Virus record (IMG/VR): IMGVR_UViG_3300009131_000001
Span: 81,814-99,711 of that record
DNA: 17,898 nucleotides
Strand: one strand, 5' to 3'
From: a virus
Lineage: Duplodnaviria > Heunggongvirae > Uroviricota > Caudoviricetes
Shown in pieces: positions 1-7,990 of this stretch; the stretch's first letter is position 1, and the number at the start of each line of letters is the position of its first letter. The translations under genes and the position numbers were made by a program. The notes beneath the pieces are model-generated. The model did not search any database. It was not told the origin of the DNA and worked only from the letters and a program-made list of their open reading frames with translations.

Positions 1-45
1 GCAACATTCCAACAAAATTCAATAATTAATATTTATGTACTATGA
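1..45 (+). CDS. 3' end of an upstream gene (partial; ...ATFQQNSIINIYVL*), possibly a tail fibre
   Basis: Frame 1 is open from base 1 to TGA at 43-45, which overlaps the ATG at 42-44 (ATGA coupling, as also seen at 657/660 and 4919/4922). Product inferred only from context. Confidence 0.5.
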   Translation, partial: ATFQQNSIINIYVL

Positions 46-326
46 AAAAATCTATTGTTACGTCTAATGGGTCAGTTGAAGAAGTTGAGGATGAGGAAAT
101 AATAGTTGAACAACTATATAACTACGATCAACTAGTAACTGAGTATGTTCGCGAAAAATACTCAATAGACGATGAAATAGCCATCACAAATAATAGGATG
201 GCTGTATTTGATGCCAACTTACTGCCTAGTAATAAAGAAGAAGAGTATAACCGAGAATACTACGAATATCAGATGTTTCGAGAAGATTGCAAGAAAAGAG
301 CCAGATTAATTTGTAATATAAGTTAA
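42..326 (+). CDS. Small phage protein of the type found after tail-fibre genes in Bacteroidota phages (possible fibre chaperone)
   Basis: 94-aa ORF with motifs LVTEYVREKYSIDDEIAI and EYYEYQMFREDCKKRA, which I recognise from small fibre-associated Bacteroidota phage proteins. Function unproven. Confidence 0.6.
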   Translation: MKKSIVTSNGSVEEVEDEEIIVEQLYNYDQLVTEYVREKYSIDDEIAITNNRMAVFDANLLPSNKEEEYNREYYEYQMFREDCKKRARLICNIS

Positions 327-339
327 TACAGAAGTAATT

Positions 340-660
340 ATGGATGAAAAAGATAAAGAATTATTAACCCTTCAATTTACCAGAATGGAAGAGAAAATAA
401 ATGCAATAGACCTTAATACACAAGAAACTAATAAGAATGTAAAGGAGTTAGATAGAAGGGTTAGGGATATTGAGGAAATTGTGAGAGCTACAGATGCTAA
501 AGACAAGCTCATAAATACAAGACTAGATAAGCTAGAAAGAATAACTAGTATTACAGGATTCTTTACAGAACATCCAAATTTGTTAGCCATAATACTTATA
601 GGTATTCTGATACTCAGTATGAATTCTAATTTGGATATACTACTAAATCTTTTCAAATGA
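340..660 (+). CDS. Coiled-coil protein with a C-terminal transmembrane anchor (hypothetical; holin-like or XhlA-like architecture)
   Basis: 106 aa. Residues ~10-67 are charged with heptad character; LLAIILIGILILSM is a clear hydrophobic helix near the C-terminus. Confidence 0.6.
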   Translation: MDEKDKELLTLQFTRMEEKINAIDLNTQETNKNVKELDRRVRDIEEIVRATDAKDKLINTRLDKLERITSITGFFTEHPNLLAIILIGILILSMNSNLDILLNLFK

Positions 661-1142
661 CAATAACACAATCAGCAAATGGTAAGCAAGTTACCCTATC
701 TGGAATAACAGATACTTTGGGTACACCAACTAAAATTGAGATAAGTAGGGGGTACAATACTACAACTTATATTCAACTTCCATATGTAAGCGGTAATACG
801 TATACTATGGATTCAGATACTGTTGGTATTGAAAGTTTCTTTGACTCGAATGATATTTGGTTAGATGATATTTATGAGTTAAAGATTACTTATGTAAGTG
901 AAACTGTAAATACTAAGTTTCTTACTTACTATAATACCACTAAAAAAATTTATAGTATAGAAGGTAAAATACCATATGATGTAAAAATGGGGTATCAATT
1001 TGACAAGAATATACAGTATGGTAGTTATGCCTACCTATTATATAAATCCCTTTTAATTGCCGCAGCTCAAAATTTATGGGAAAGAACTAATTATATATTA
1101 ACAGCAATAAATAAATTAAATGACAACTACGTTTATAGATAA
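657..1142 (+). CDS. Putative structural protein, tail hub/adaptor-like
   Basis: 161 aa with a beta-rich N-terminal part (DDIYELKITY) and a helical C-terminal part (YLLYKSLLIAAAQNLWERTNYILTAINKL), resembling crAss-like hub proteins. ATGA-coupled to the previous gene. Confidence 0.55.
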   Translation: MTITQSANGKQVTLSGITDTLGTPTKIEISRGYNTTTYIQLPYVSGNTYTMDSDTVGIESFFDSNDIWLDDIYELKITYVSETVNTKFLTYYNTTKKIYSIEGKIPYDVKMGYQFDKNIQYGSYAYLLYKSLLIAAAQNLWERTNYILTAINKLNDNYVYR

Positions 1143-1452
1143 AGCCAAACTAGGACTATCTGAATTAGTTGTGAAAATGCTCATACTTAAAAGTAGTAAC
1201 AATGCTTCATGGTATGAGTTTTTTTATAGAAGTTTGGCAATAATGATGTATATAGATTATATAGAAACCTTTGAATCTGGAATGTTTACTGAGGAAGAAA
1301 TTGCTTTTGTAGAATTCAAGATTAGGGATATAATACCTATATCAGATGGTAATGTTGGACAGGGAGATTTAGAATTACCTAGTGGTAACTACAGGGTAAC
1401 TGATTTAGGAGAATTTAGACTGCTTGATGATGGTGGATATAGGATTATATAA
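1120..1452 (+). CDS. Putative structural adaptor protein
   Basis: 110 aa with a helical body (FTEEEIAFVEFKIRDII) and a C-terminal short repeat YRVTDLG-EFRLLDDG-GYRII. Overlaps the previous gene by 23 nt. Confidence 0.55.
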   Translation: MTTTFIDKAKLGLSELVVKMLILKSSNNASWYEFFYRSLAIMMYIDYIETFESGMFTEEEIAFVEFKIRDIIPISDGNVGQGDLELPSGNYRVTDLGEFRLLDDGGYRII

Positions 1453-1455
1453 AAG

Positions 1456-1477
1456 CTAACTAATAACTAACTAATAA
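1456..1477 (+). repeat. 11-bp perfect tandem duplication (CTAACTAATAA x2)
   Basis: Directly visible in the 1453-1483 intergenic gap, followed by a partial copy (TTAACT) just before the ATG at 1484. Confidence 0.8.
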
Positions 1478-1483
1478 TTAACT

Positions 1484-4120
1484 ATGACTAATATAAGCCA
1501 AAAAGGTCAGCCTAAAATGGATAGATATTTAGGTATGATTAGAGAAGATGATTATGGTCTTGGGGATGGTACTATAATGATTAAAGGGGATGAAAATAAC
1601 CCCCAACCTTTAGATATTAGATTTAGAGTGGAAAACTCCTTTGTTTACTTAGAGAGATATAATGGTTCTACGTGGGATATACTAGGTACTTGGGGAGGTT
1701 CATTTCAAACTGATAAGATATACCTTAATAATCTAACTGGAGTTAAGGGAATTTTTGATAATACAGACCCATTTTTACATACTTCTTACATAAGAACTAC
1801 TACTAAAAAGGGAGGTATTGACATAGGAGATCAGGATACTACAGTATATATTACGGCTAAAGATTTAGATAATATCTTACTAAGCTACCCCGGGATTGAA
1901 TACTCTAAAGATATAGTTACAAGCATAGATACTTTAATGCCCCCAGGAACTTATAATACCTCATTTACTTGGACTAATCCAACTAGTGAATTCACTTCAT
2001 TTATTGGATATGTAGATGTTCCAAGTAAAGGGAGATTAATTATAAAAGAAGCTGCTTCAGGTAACGTTATATGGGAAAATATGACTGAAGCAGAATATAC
2101 TGCTACGGGAGGCTCTAGTTCCATAGAGGCTATTAGGGATATAGATGGTAATATTATTGATTATAAAACTACTGGATACGTAGAAGTAGCCGTTAATCCA
2201 CCTGCATATCTATACCAAAATGCCTTATATGATGTAGAGTTAATTGTGTCTGAGGGTAATAATTTAGGGGATGGTACATTTCCATATTTTGTAGTAAATG
2301 GATTAGAGTCTATATCTATACCAATAACTTCTTTGACAACTCATTTTCTAGATAGCGGTAATGAATTTTATGTAGATGGTGTTAATGGAAATGATTCTAA
2401 TAATGGTAAAAATGCAAATTTACCATTTAAAACAATTCAAAAAGCTATTGATTTATGTACTGCTAATAGTGTGATAAATGTAAATGGAGGAACTTATACT
2501 GAAAACTTATCTATTGTAAATAAATCCACACATATAGTTCTTGGTGGAGAAACTAATTCTGTAATTGTAAACGGTACTTTAGATATCTCAGCCACATCAA
2601 ATACACACCTGTGTATTAACGGAGGGGAGATACTGGGGCTAACCACTTTATCTGGAAATGCAGTTTTAGGGGGAGGCATACACTTTAGGTCATGTAAATT
2701 ATCTGGAGGCCACACAATAAGTGGAACTCATGCAAATCCTATTAGTTTTAATGACTGCTATTTAATAGGAGTAGGTAGTGTAAACTATATTCCTTTAAAT
2801 GCTTCTGCTACAGTGCAATATAGGGATTCATTTATGGCTAATATGACATCTATGACAGTTAGTGGATTAAGTGTTGTAGCTTTTAGTATTTGTAATGGAT
2901 TGCCTGTAATTACACATCAGGGGGGTTATTTGGGGATTAGTGATTCTGTTCTAATAAGAAAAAATATAAATGGACATTGTTTAGTATCAACAGCTAATTT
3001 GGCTGCAACAAATCATCTTATTATATCTAACACTTCTTGCTATCAAGAAGATATGACTTACGGCATTATAAATAAAACAGGTACTTGTACGTATGTATTA
3101 ACAAAAGTTTCTAGGTCTGGGTTAGATATTTTAAATGGAACTAGACTAAATGTTGATGTTTTTGACAACATATCTGCTGGGGTATATACTAGACCTACAA
3201 TTACAGATAATGAGAATAATACGGTAACACTATCAGTTGGGGATTACTGTTTTTATCCAACAGCTGATAAGAAGGGTAATATTTGTAAGGTACAAATCTC
3301 TGGGGCAACATATAACTTGACAAGTAACACTGCCAACTATATAGTTGGAGATTATAATAATGGTGTTCCTATAATTAGAGTTACTACCAATGTTAATGAA
3401 ATAAACCAATCCAATATAATTCCCATTTTTACTGTAATATCTAAAGATGGGTTACATTCAATTGATTGGAATGAATTAGCATGTGGATTATCTAATAAAC
3501 TATCAGAAAGACTAATTAAGACTGATAGATTTAGGCTACAACAGGGGTTAAATCTAAGTACCGGAACTGGAGGTAAGATACTAATTTCTGATGGGATAGT
3601 TTGGTATGGGGCTACCCCTATAAGCTTAGATGCCTCTGATTCATCCATCAATCAAACCAGATTATTTTATAGGAGTAGTGGAGTATGGACTTATAGTAAT
3701 GTAACAGCATACAACAGTACTCAATATGATAATGGTACTAATCTAGTAACTCTTACTCCAAGTAGATATGCTGTAAATTGGGTTTATAGGGGAGTGGAAC
3801 ATCAAAATCACATCTATATTCTTTTAGGTAGCGGAGATTATAAGCTAGATGAAGCTCAGAATGCTAAACTTCCTACAGCACCATTTCCTATTGCAGAGCA
3901 CTGTATACTGGTAGGTAAGATAATATCTGCTTATAGTACAACTACCCCAGTAGAAGTAACAAGTGCTTTTGATAGAGTATTTGCAGGTAATTCTACCACT
4001 ACTACTCTTGATGTGGCTAACATGCCAGTATATGAGAGTAATGCAACTGCTAAATCAGGAGGACTTGCTAACGGTACTATATACAGAACTTCAACTGGGG
4101 TTTTAATGGTAGTATATTAA
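1484..4120 (+). CDS. Tail spike/fibre protein with a pectin-lyase-like (DUF1565-type) right-handed beta-helix domain
   Basis: 878 aa. The motif FYVDGVNGNDSNNG...PFKTIQKAID...VINVNGGTYTENLSI from 2366 is the classic beta-helix N-terminal cap, followed by Gly/Asn/Ser/Ile-rich beta-repeat sequence. The C-terminus PVYESNATAKSGGLANGTIYRTSTGVLMVVY is a motif typical of Bacteroidota phage fibres. Confidence 0.75.
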   Translation: MTNISQKGQPKMDRYLGMIREDDYGLGDGTIMIKGDENNPQPLDIRFRVENSFVYLERYNGSTWDILGTWGGSFQTDKIYLNNLTGVKGIFDNTDPFLHTSYIRTTTKKGGIDIGDQDTTVYITAKDLDNILLSYPGIEYSKDIVTSIDTLMPPGTYNTSFTWTNPTSEFTSFIGYVDVPSKGRLIIKEAASGNVIWENMTEAEYTATGGSSSIEAIRDIDGNIIDYKTTGYVEVAVNPPAYLYQNALYDVELIVSEGNNLGDGTFPYFVVNGLESISIPITSLTTHFLDSGNEFYVDGVNGNDSNNGKNANLPFKTIQKAIDLCTANSVINVNGGTYTENLSIVNKSTHIVLGGETNSVIVNGTLDISATSNTHLCINGGEILGLTTLSGNAVLGGGIHFRSCKLSGGHTISGTHANPISFNDCYLIGVGSVNYIPLNASATVQYRDSFMANMTSMTVSGLSVVAFSICNGLPVITHQGGYLGISDSVLIRKNINGHCLVSTANLAATNHLIISNTSCYQEDMTYGIINKTGTCTYVLTKVSRSGLDILNGTRLNVDVFDNISAGVYTRPTITDNENNTVTLSVGDYCFYPTADKKGNICKVQISGATYNLTSNTANYIVGDYNNGVPIIRVTTNVNEINQSNIIPIFTVISKDGLHSIDWNELACGLSNKLSERLIKTDRFRLQQGLNLSTGTGGKILISDGIVWYGATPISLDASDSSINQTRLFYRSSGVWTYSNVTAYNSTQYDNGTNLVTLTPSRYAVNWVYRGVEHQNHIYILLGSGDYKLDEAQNAKLPTAPFPIAEHCILVGKIISAYSTTTPVEVTSAFDRVFAGNSTTTTLDVANMPVYESNATAKSGGLANGTIYRTSTGVLMVVY

Positions 4121-4121
4121 T

Positions 4122-4152
4122 TTGTTACTTTAACGTAGATTACATATATTTA
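4122..4152 (+). promoter_or_regulatory. Candidate Bacteroidota-type promoter (TTG-N20-TATATTTA); first copy of a repeated bipartite motif
   Basis: TTG at 4122-4124 and TAtaTTTA at 4145-4152 match the -33 TTG / -7 TAnnTTTG consensus with one mismatch. Lies in the 4121-4166 intergenic gap. A related sequence occurs at 7755-7781. Confidence 0.4.
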
Positions 4153-4166
4153 TCAAAAATAATTCT

Positions 4167-4922
4167 ATGACAATTATACAGAAAACTATACCACAACTTA
4201 ATCAAAATGAGTCTCCTCTAACTGGGGAGACTTTATTTGAGATAAGTATAGGAGGTGTATCATATAAGGATAGTCTTGCTAATATTCAGAATTACCTATT
4301 CTTTGTACCAGCGAAGGCTTATATTACAACAACTCCTATATATTTTAGTGTTGGTAAATCTACTAGTATTGCTGTAAGATGTACTATTGACCCTGGGGAT
4401 GAAACTACATTTAATAGTAGGGAGTTATATAAGGGAACTAATTTACTTACAACTTACAGTACGTTAGACTTTACCTATAATGACACATTACTAAATACAT
4501 CTCCTACTACAACTCAGTATAGGAATCTTGTAGATGTTAATAATAATGGGGTAGACACAACTTTAGTAGCAAGTAATTCTGTATATAGTGTTTACCCTAT
4601 GTTATGGGCTACTACAAGTAATGTTTTAGATGGCAGTACTATCTATTCTGCAACTACTAAGGTAATAAGACCTAAAGAGAATACTACTTTAACACTATCT
4701 GGTAGTGGTGTATATAGTTACTTTGCATATGATAGTTCTTATCCAGATTTATTAGCAGTACTAGACCCTAATGGATTTAATATAATTAGTGGATATACTA
4801 AAACTTTGGTTAATGTAGTATCTACAGGATTAGATTCAAACTGGACTAAGGAGTATAAGATGTATAAGTTTAATACCATTTCAGATTTTAATGGTCAATA
4901 TAAATTTTTATTTACGCTATGA
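4167..4922 (+). CDS. Putative tail fibre-associated structural protein
   Basis: 251 aa, Thr/Ser/Tyr-rich. Has an N-terminal KTIPQL anchor-type motif and a C-terminal domain YSYFAYDSSYPDLLAVLDPNGFNII...YKMY common in phage structural proteins. Confidence 0.65.
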   Translation: MTIIQKTIPQLNQNESPLTGETLFEISIGGVSYKDSLANIQNYLFFVPAKAYITTTPIYFSVGKSTSIAVRCTIDPGDETTFNSRELYKGTNLLTTYSTLDFTYNDTLLNTSPTTTQYRNLVDVNNNGVDTTLVASNSVYSVYPMLWATTSNVLDGSTIYSATTKVIRPKENTTLTLSGSGVYSYFAYDSSYPDLLAVLDPNGFNIISGYTKTLVNVVSTGLDSNWTKEYKMYKFNTISDFNGQYKFLFTL

Positions 4923-7093
4923 GTAATACTATAAAAGTTGCAGCAGGATTTTCTATAGGTAATAGTGAATCTATTGATGATAGGTTAGTAGTTAATACTA
5001 TTGCGGAAAGAAACAGTATCCTATCATATAGAAGATATATAGGACTTGAAACAATAGTTAGGGATGGAGGTTCTGGTACATTAAAGAAGTATAGATTAGA
5101 AGATGGAATAACTAATACAGATTGGAAAGATATATCTGAGAATGGTGTTATAGAAACTAGGGATACTAATGCTACTGCTAGTACAATTCCTCTCAGAGAT
5201 AGTAATGGTAACTTCCAAATTAAACTTGCTCAGGATAAGATATTTGTAGGTAATACTTTTGGTAATGCCGAACAAAGGACTTTACCATATACTTTAACTG
5301 GACAGGCTGGTAAAGCAATTACAGTTAAATCAGATTTAAGTGGTTACGAATATACTAGTTTTCCAACAGGTAGTTTAAATACTGTAACTGTTAAGTCAGG
5401 TGTTACAGGATTAACTGCGACTAAAACTGGTGATAATGTAGAATTAGATGCTAGTTATCCAAATACTTTAGTACAATCTGGAACTGGATATCAGATATTA
5501 AAAAGTATTTCAAGTAACAAACTGCTGGGGGCAACCATAGTACAGGGAAGTAATATTACTATATCAGAAACTACTGGAGAAATTGTTGAAGGAATTGCTA
5601 CTAAAAGATTAACCATTGCTGCTACTAATCCTACTTGGGCAAATATTCAGAGTAAGCCTAACTGGACAGGATTCATGCCTACTTCTACACTAGTAGGACA
5701 GGCTAATAAAGTCTTATCTGTAAAGACTGATGAAACTGGTTATGAGTATAGAGCATTTTCAAATGTTGCTGGTAGCAATACTCAGGTAATGTTTAATGAT
5801 AATGGAGCGTTGGCTGGTAACAATCAGTTTACATACAATAAAACTACTGGAGAAGTTAGATATGGTGGAAATAGAATAGATAATACAAATTACAGCATTT
5901 TTCTAGGTTCTGGAGCTGGTGGGGCATACGCTAATTCATATACTGGAATAATTCCTGGGGGATGTACTATTATAGGAGGAGAATCTTTATATTCATTAAT
6001 TTCCAGTTACAAATTTAATAGGTGTACTACACTTGGAAGTAAGACATTGCGTGGGGCTACAACTGCTGATTATTGTTTAGCGTTGGGGTATAATGCTGGA
6101 TATATGGAAACTAATGCAGACTATAAATTTATAATAGAGACAAATGATGTAAGAAATGGGAACAAAGACTATCTAATAGAAGGAGATTTTTCTCAAAGAT
6201 GGGTTAGATTTAATGGGGCTGTTAGGAAAAGAGTAGAAACTATATTAAATAGCGATGTAATTTATTCTGGAACAATAACATCTTATACTACGTCTCAATT
6301 TACAGACAACTCTGCAAATTTTACATCTTTAGGATTAACAGATTTTGAATTTAGCGTTGTATTAACTACAGGAGTTAATGCGGGGAAAGTAATTGCAATA
6401 GGATATAATATAAATAATACAACAATAGGAGGTGGTTCTAATCAAACTTCAAATTTGGTATTACCTATTAATGGGGAAAGTTATAAACTAATAAAAACAA
6501 AAAATATAGCGTCAGAAAAACTCGGCACTCAATATGAAATCAATTTAACAACTGATGATTATGCTTTTTTTATCCCACCTAAAGCAACTACTGGTGCAGA
6601 TATTGAATTTATTATAAAATCTAATCCAAATAATAAAAAATTATATATATGCAGTAATGGGATTGACTATATATACCCAGATAATGCACGTGTAACTAGT
6701 GTTAAAACTCCACATGAAAGTACATTAATAAAATATACTAATAGTGGTTTGGTAAAATGTACAAATACATTAGATATATTACAACCCATAAAAACATCTA
6801 CTAAAGATTTAGTAATAGATTTATATTCTAAAATTTATAAAATAGATGTAGCAACTCCAACAACAGTAACATTTAATATTGATTCATCCTATGTTCCAAT
6901 ATTAACAGGTAATTCATTAACTATAGAACTAGATATAAATATGACTGTTGTATCTGCTATGACTTGGCCAGTTAATGTAACATGGATAGGAGGAAGTGCT
7001 CCTACATTTGGTTCTATTGCTAAGTATAGGTTAGTATTTAGAACTGAAGATGCAGGAACTACTTGGTTAGGTAATTTAGCTTATACTTATTAA
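4919..7093 (+). CDS. Mosaic tail fibre protein
   Basis: 724 aa. Contains an N-terminal IDDRLVVNTIAER...RRYIGL domain, fibre junction motifs (TASTIPLRDSNGNF, WANIQSKP, GSNTQVMFNDNG), a YadA-head-like Gly/Ala segment ending LIEGDF, and a C-terminal WPVNVTWIGGSAPTF...FRTEDAGTTWLG fibre-tip type domain. Confidence 0.8.
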   Translation: MSNTIKVAAGFSIGNSESIDDRLVVNTIAERNSILSYRRYIGLETIVRDGGSGTLKKYRLEDGITNTDWKDISENGVIETRDTNATASTIPLRDSNGNFQIKLAQDKIFVGNTFGNAEQRTLPYTLTGQAGKAITVKSDLSGYEYTSFPTGSLNTVTVKSGVTGLTATKTGDNVELDASYPNTLVQSGTGYQILKSISSNKLLGATIVQGSNITISETTGEIVEGIATKRLTIAATNPTWANIQSKPNWTGFMPTSTLVGQANKVLSVKTDETGYEYRAFSNVAGSNTQVMFNDNGALAGNNQFTYNKTTGEVRYGGNRIDNTNYSIFLGSGAGGAYANSYTGIIPGGCTIIGGESLYSLISSYKFNRCTTLGSKTLRGATTADYCLALGYNAGYMETNADYKFIIETNDVRNGNKDYLIEGDFSQRWVRFNGAVRKRVETILNSDVIYSGTITSYTTSQFTDNSANFTSLGLTDFEFSVVLTTGVNAGKVIAIGYNINNTTIGGGSNQTSNLVLPINGESYKLIKTKNIASEKLGTQYEINLTTDDYAFFIPPKATTGADIEFIIKSNPNNKKLYICSNGIDYIYPDNARVTSVKTPHESTLIKYTNSGLVKCTNTLDILQPIKTSTKDLVIDLYSKIYKIDVATPTTVTFNIDSSYVPILTGNSLTIELDINMTVVSAMTWPVNVTWIGGSAPTFGSIAKYRLVFRTEDAGTTWLGNLAYTY
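5291..5758 (+). repeat. Two copies of a 24-aa fibre motif (5291-5362 and 5687-5758)
   Basis: TLTGQAGKAITVKSDLSGYEYTSF vs TLVGQANKVLSVKTDETGYEYRAF, in the same reading frame and diverged at the nucleotide level. Confidence 0.8.
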
Positions 7094-7095
7094 TT

Positions 7096-7701
7096 ATGAT
7101 ACCATATAACTTAAATCCTTTAGGGATTGATAGTCAATTATCAGATTTAGACATCCTTCGTCAAATCCGCGACGCTAATCCGACAAGTCAATTACCTACT
7201 TTGTGGTTGGATAGCGAAGACCCTTACACGCAATGGGAAGGGGTTACTTGGAATGCTGAAAAAACTAAATGTATTAGTTTGGATGTATCAAGTAAGATTA
7301 TTACATCATTGTCAAATGTTAATAAATTATCCAATTTAGAATATTTATATTGTAATAATAATCAGTTAACAGAACTAGTTATAGATGGATTATTAAATCT
7401 TAAGACGTTATTCTGTAATAATAATCTATTGACTATTCTTAATTGTTATAATTTGACTAAATTATCATTTCTATATTGTTACAGTAATAATTTATCGGTA
7501 TTAAATGTATCTGGTTTAACATCATTACAACAATTATATTGTAATAATAATCAATTACCTAACATATTAACGTTAATATCAAGATTAAGCATTACAATTG
7601 GGAATGCAGATTTTAATAACAACAAATTTGACACTGCCGAAGTTAACCGACTTTTAGGGATAGGTTTTACAGCAGCAGAAATAGGAACTCAAAACCCATA
7701 A
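7096..7701 (+). CDS. Leucine-rich repeat protein with an N-terminal cap
   Basis: 201 aa with four 21-aa LRRs of consensus LxxLxxLxCxxNxLxxL, preceded by a cap-like segment DILRQIRDANP...W...WEGVTW...CISLDVS. Confidence 0.85.
   Translation: MIPYNLNPLGIDSQLSDLDILRQIRDANPTSQLPTLWLDSEDPYTQWEGVTWNAEKTKCISLDVSSKIITSLSNVNKLSNLEYLYCNNNQLTELVIDGLLNLKTLFCNNNLLTILNCYNLTKLSFLYCYSNNLSVLNVSGLTSLQQLYCNNNQLPNILTLISRLSITIGNADFNNNKFDTAEVNRLLGIGFTAAEIGTQNP
7327..7578 (+). repeat. Four tandem 63-bp LRR-coding units
   Basis: The conserved Cys codon TGT falls at 7351, 7414, 7477 and 7540 (exact 63-nt period). Three units share TGTAATAATAATC. Confidence 0.9.
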
Positions 7702-7713
7702 ACACAAAATACA

Positions 7714-7782
7714 ATGCCAGACCCAGTTTATAAAAAAATATCAGAGTTAACAAGTTGTAATTTTATATACTATTGCATATAA
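7714..7782 (+). pseudogene. Truncated relic of a structural/fibre gene (MPDPVYKKISELTS...*)
   Basis: 22-codon ORF with an A-rich leader. Its first 14 residues carry the KKISEL anchor motif typical of fibre-associated genes (compare KTIPQL at 4167); it then runs into AT-rich intergenic sequence and stops. No continuation in other frames. Confidence 0.55.
7755..7781. promoter_or_regulatory. Second copy of the bipartite motif TTGTwAyTTTA-N6-ATTRCATATA
   Basis: 18 of 21 flank positions are identical to 4122-4148, and 0 of 6 spacer positions. Lies upstream of the lysis cassette. Confidence 0.35.
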
Positions 7783-7828
7783 CAAATAAATAATTTTATT
7801 TTACACATTATTAACTAAATAGTTTTAT

Positions 7829-7990
7829 ATGAAGATTAGTGTAGATAAAGAAGGAAGAGGAATTATTAATCAACTGCTGGATGGTATGCTTAAGGCCTAT
7901 GGAATATCTTTTATGAAAGATGCTGAATTTATTAATTCTATTATTGAGGAGTTTCCTGAAATAGTTGAAGAAATTAAGGAGGAAGAGTAA
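7829..7990 (+). CDS. 53-aa acidic hypothetical protein missed by the ORF track (MKISVDKEGRGIINQLLDGMLKAYGISFMKDAEFINSIIEEFPEIVEEIKEEE)
   Basis: Open from ATG 7829 to TAA 7988-7990. The stop overlaps the endolysin ATG (TAATG coupling) and the ORF fills the gap exactly. Confidence 0.75.
   Translation: MKISVDKEGRGIINQLLDGMLKAYGISFMKDAEFINSIIEEFPEIVEEIKEEE

Noticed and set aside
372-671. 99-aa minus-strand ORF
   Set aside because: Antisense shadow of the 340..660 gene, with no recognisable motifs in an otherwise all-plus operon.
1456-1483. 11-bp tandem repeat as a regulatory or phase-variable element
   Set aside because: Only two copies in a short AT-rich leader; more simply a slippage duplication.
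2494-3651. Minus-strand ORFs 2494..2715 and 3352..3651
   Set aside because: Fully inside the 878-aa spike gene, with no protein-like motifs.
5295-5670. Identical 12-mer TAACTGGACAGG at 5295 and 5659
   Set aside because: The copies are in different reading frames and have no flanking similarity; compatible with chance.
4167-7093. Programmed frameshift fusing the 251-aa and 724-aa genes
   Set aside because: The ATGA overlap is ordinary translational coupling; no slippery heptamer or downstream structure is visible.
7327-7578. AAT-rich LRR units as a possible DGR variable region
   Set aside because: No template repeat or reverse transcriptase in the window, and differences between units are not restricted to adenines.
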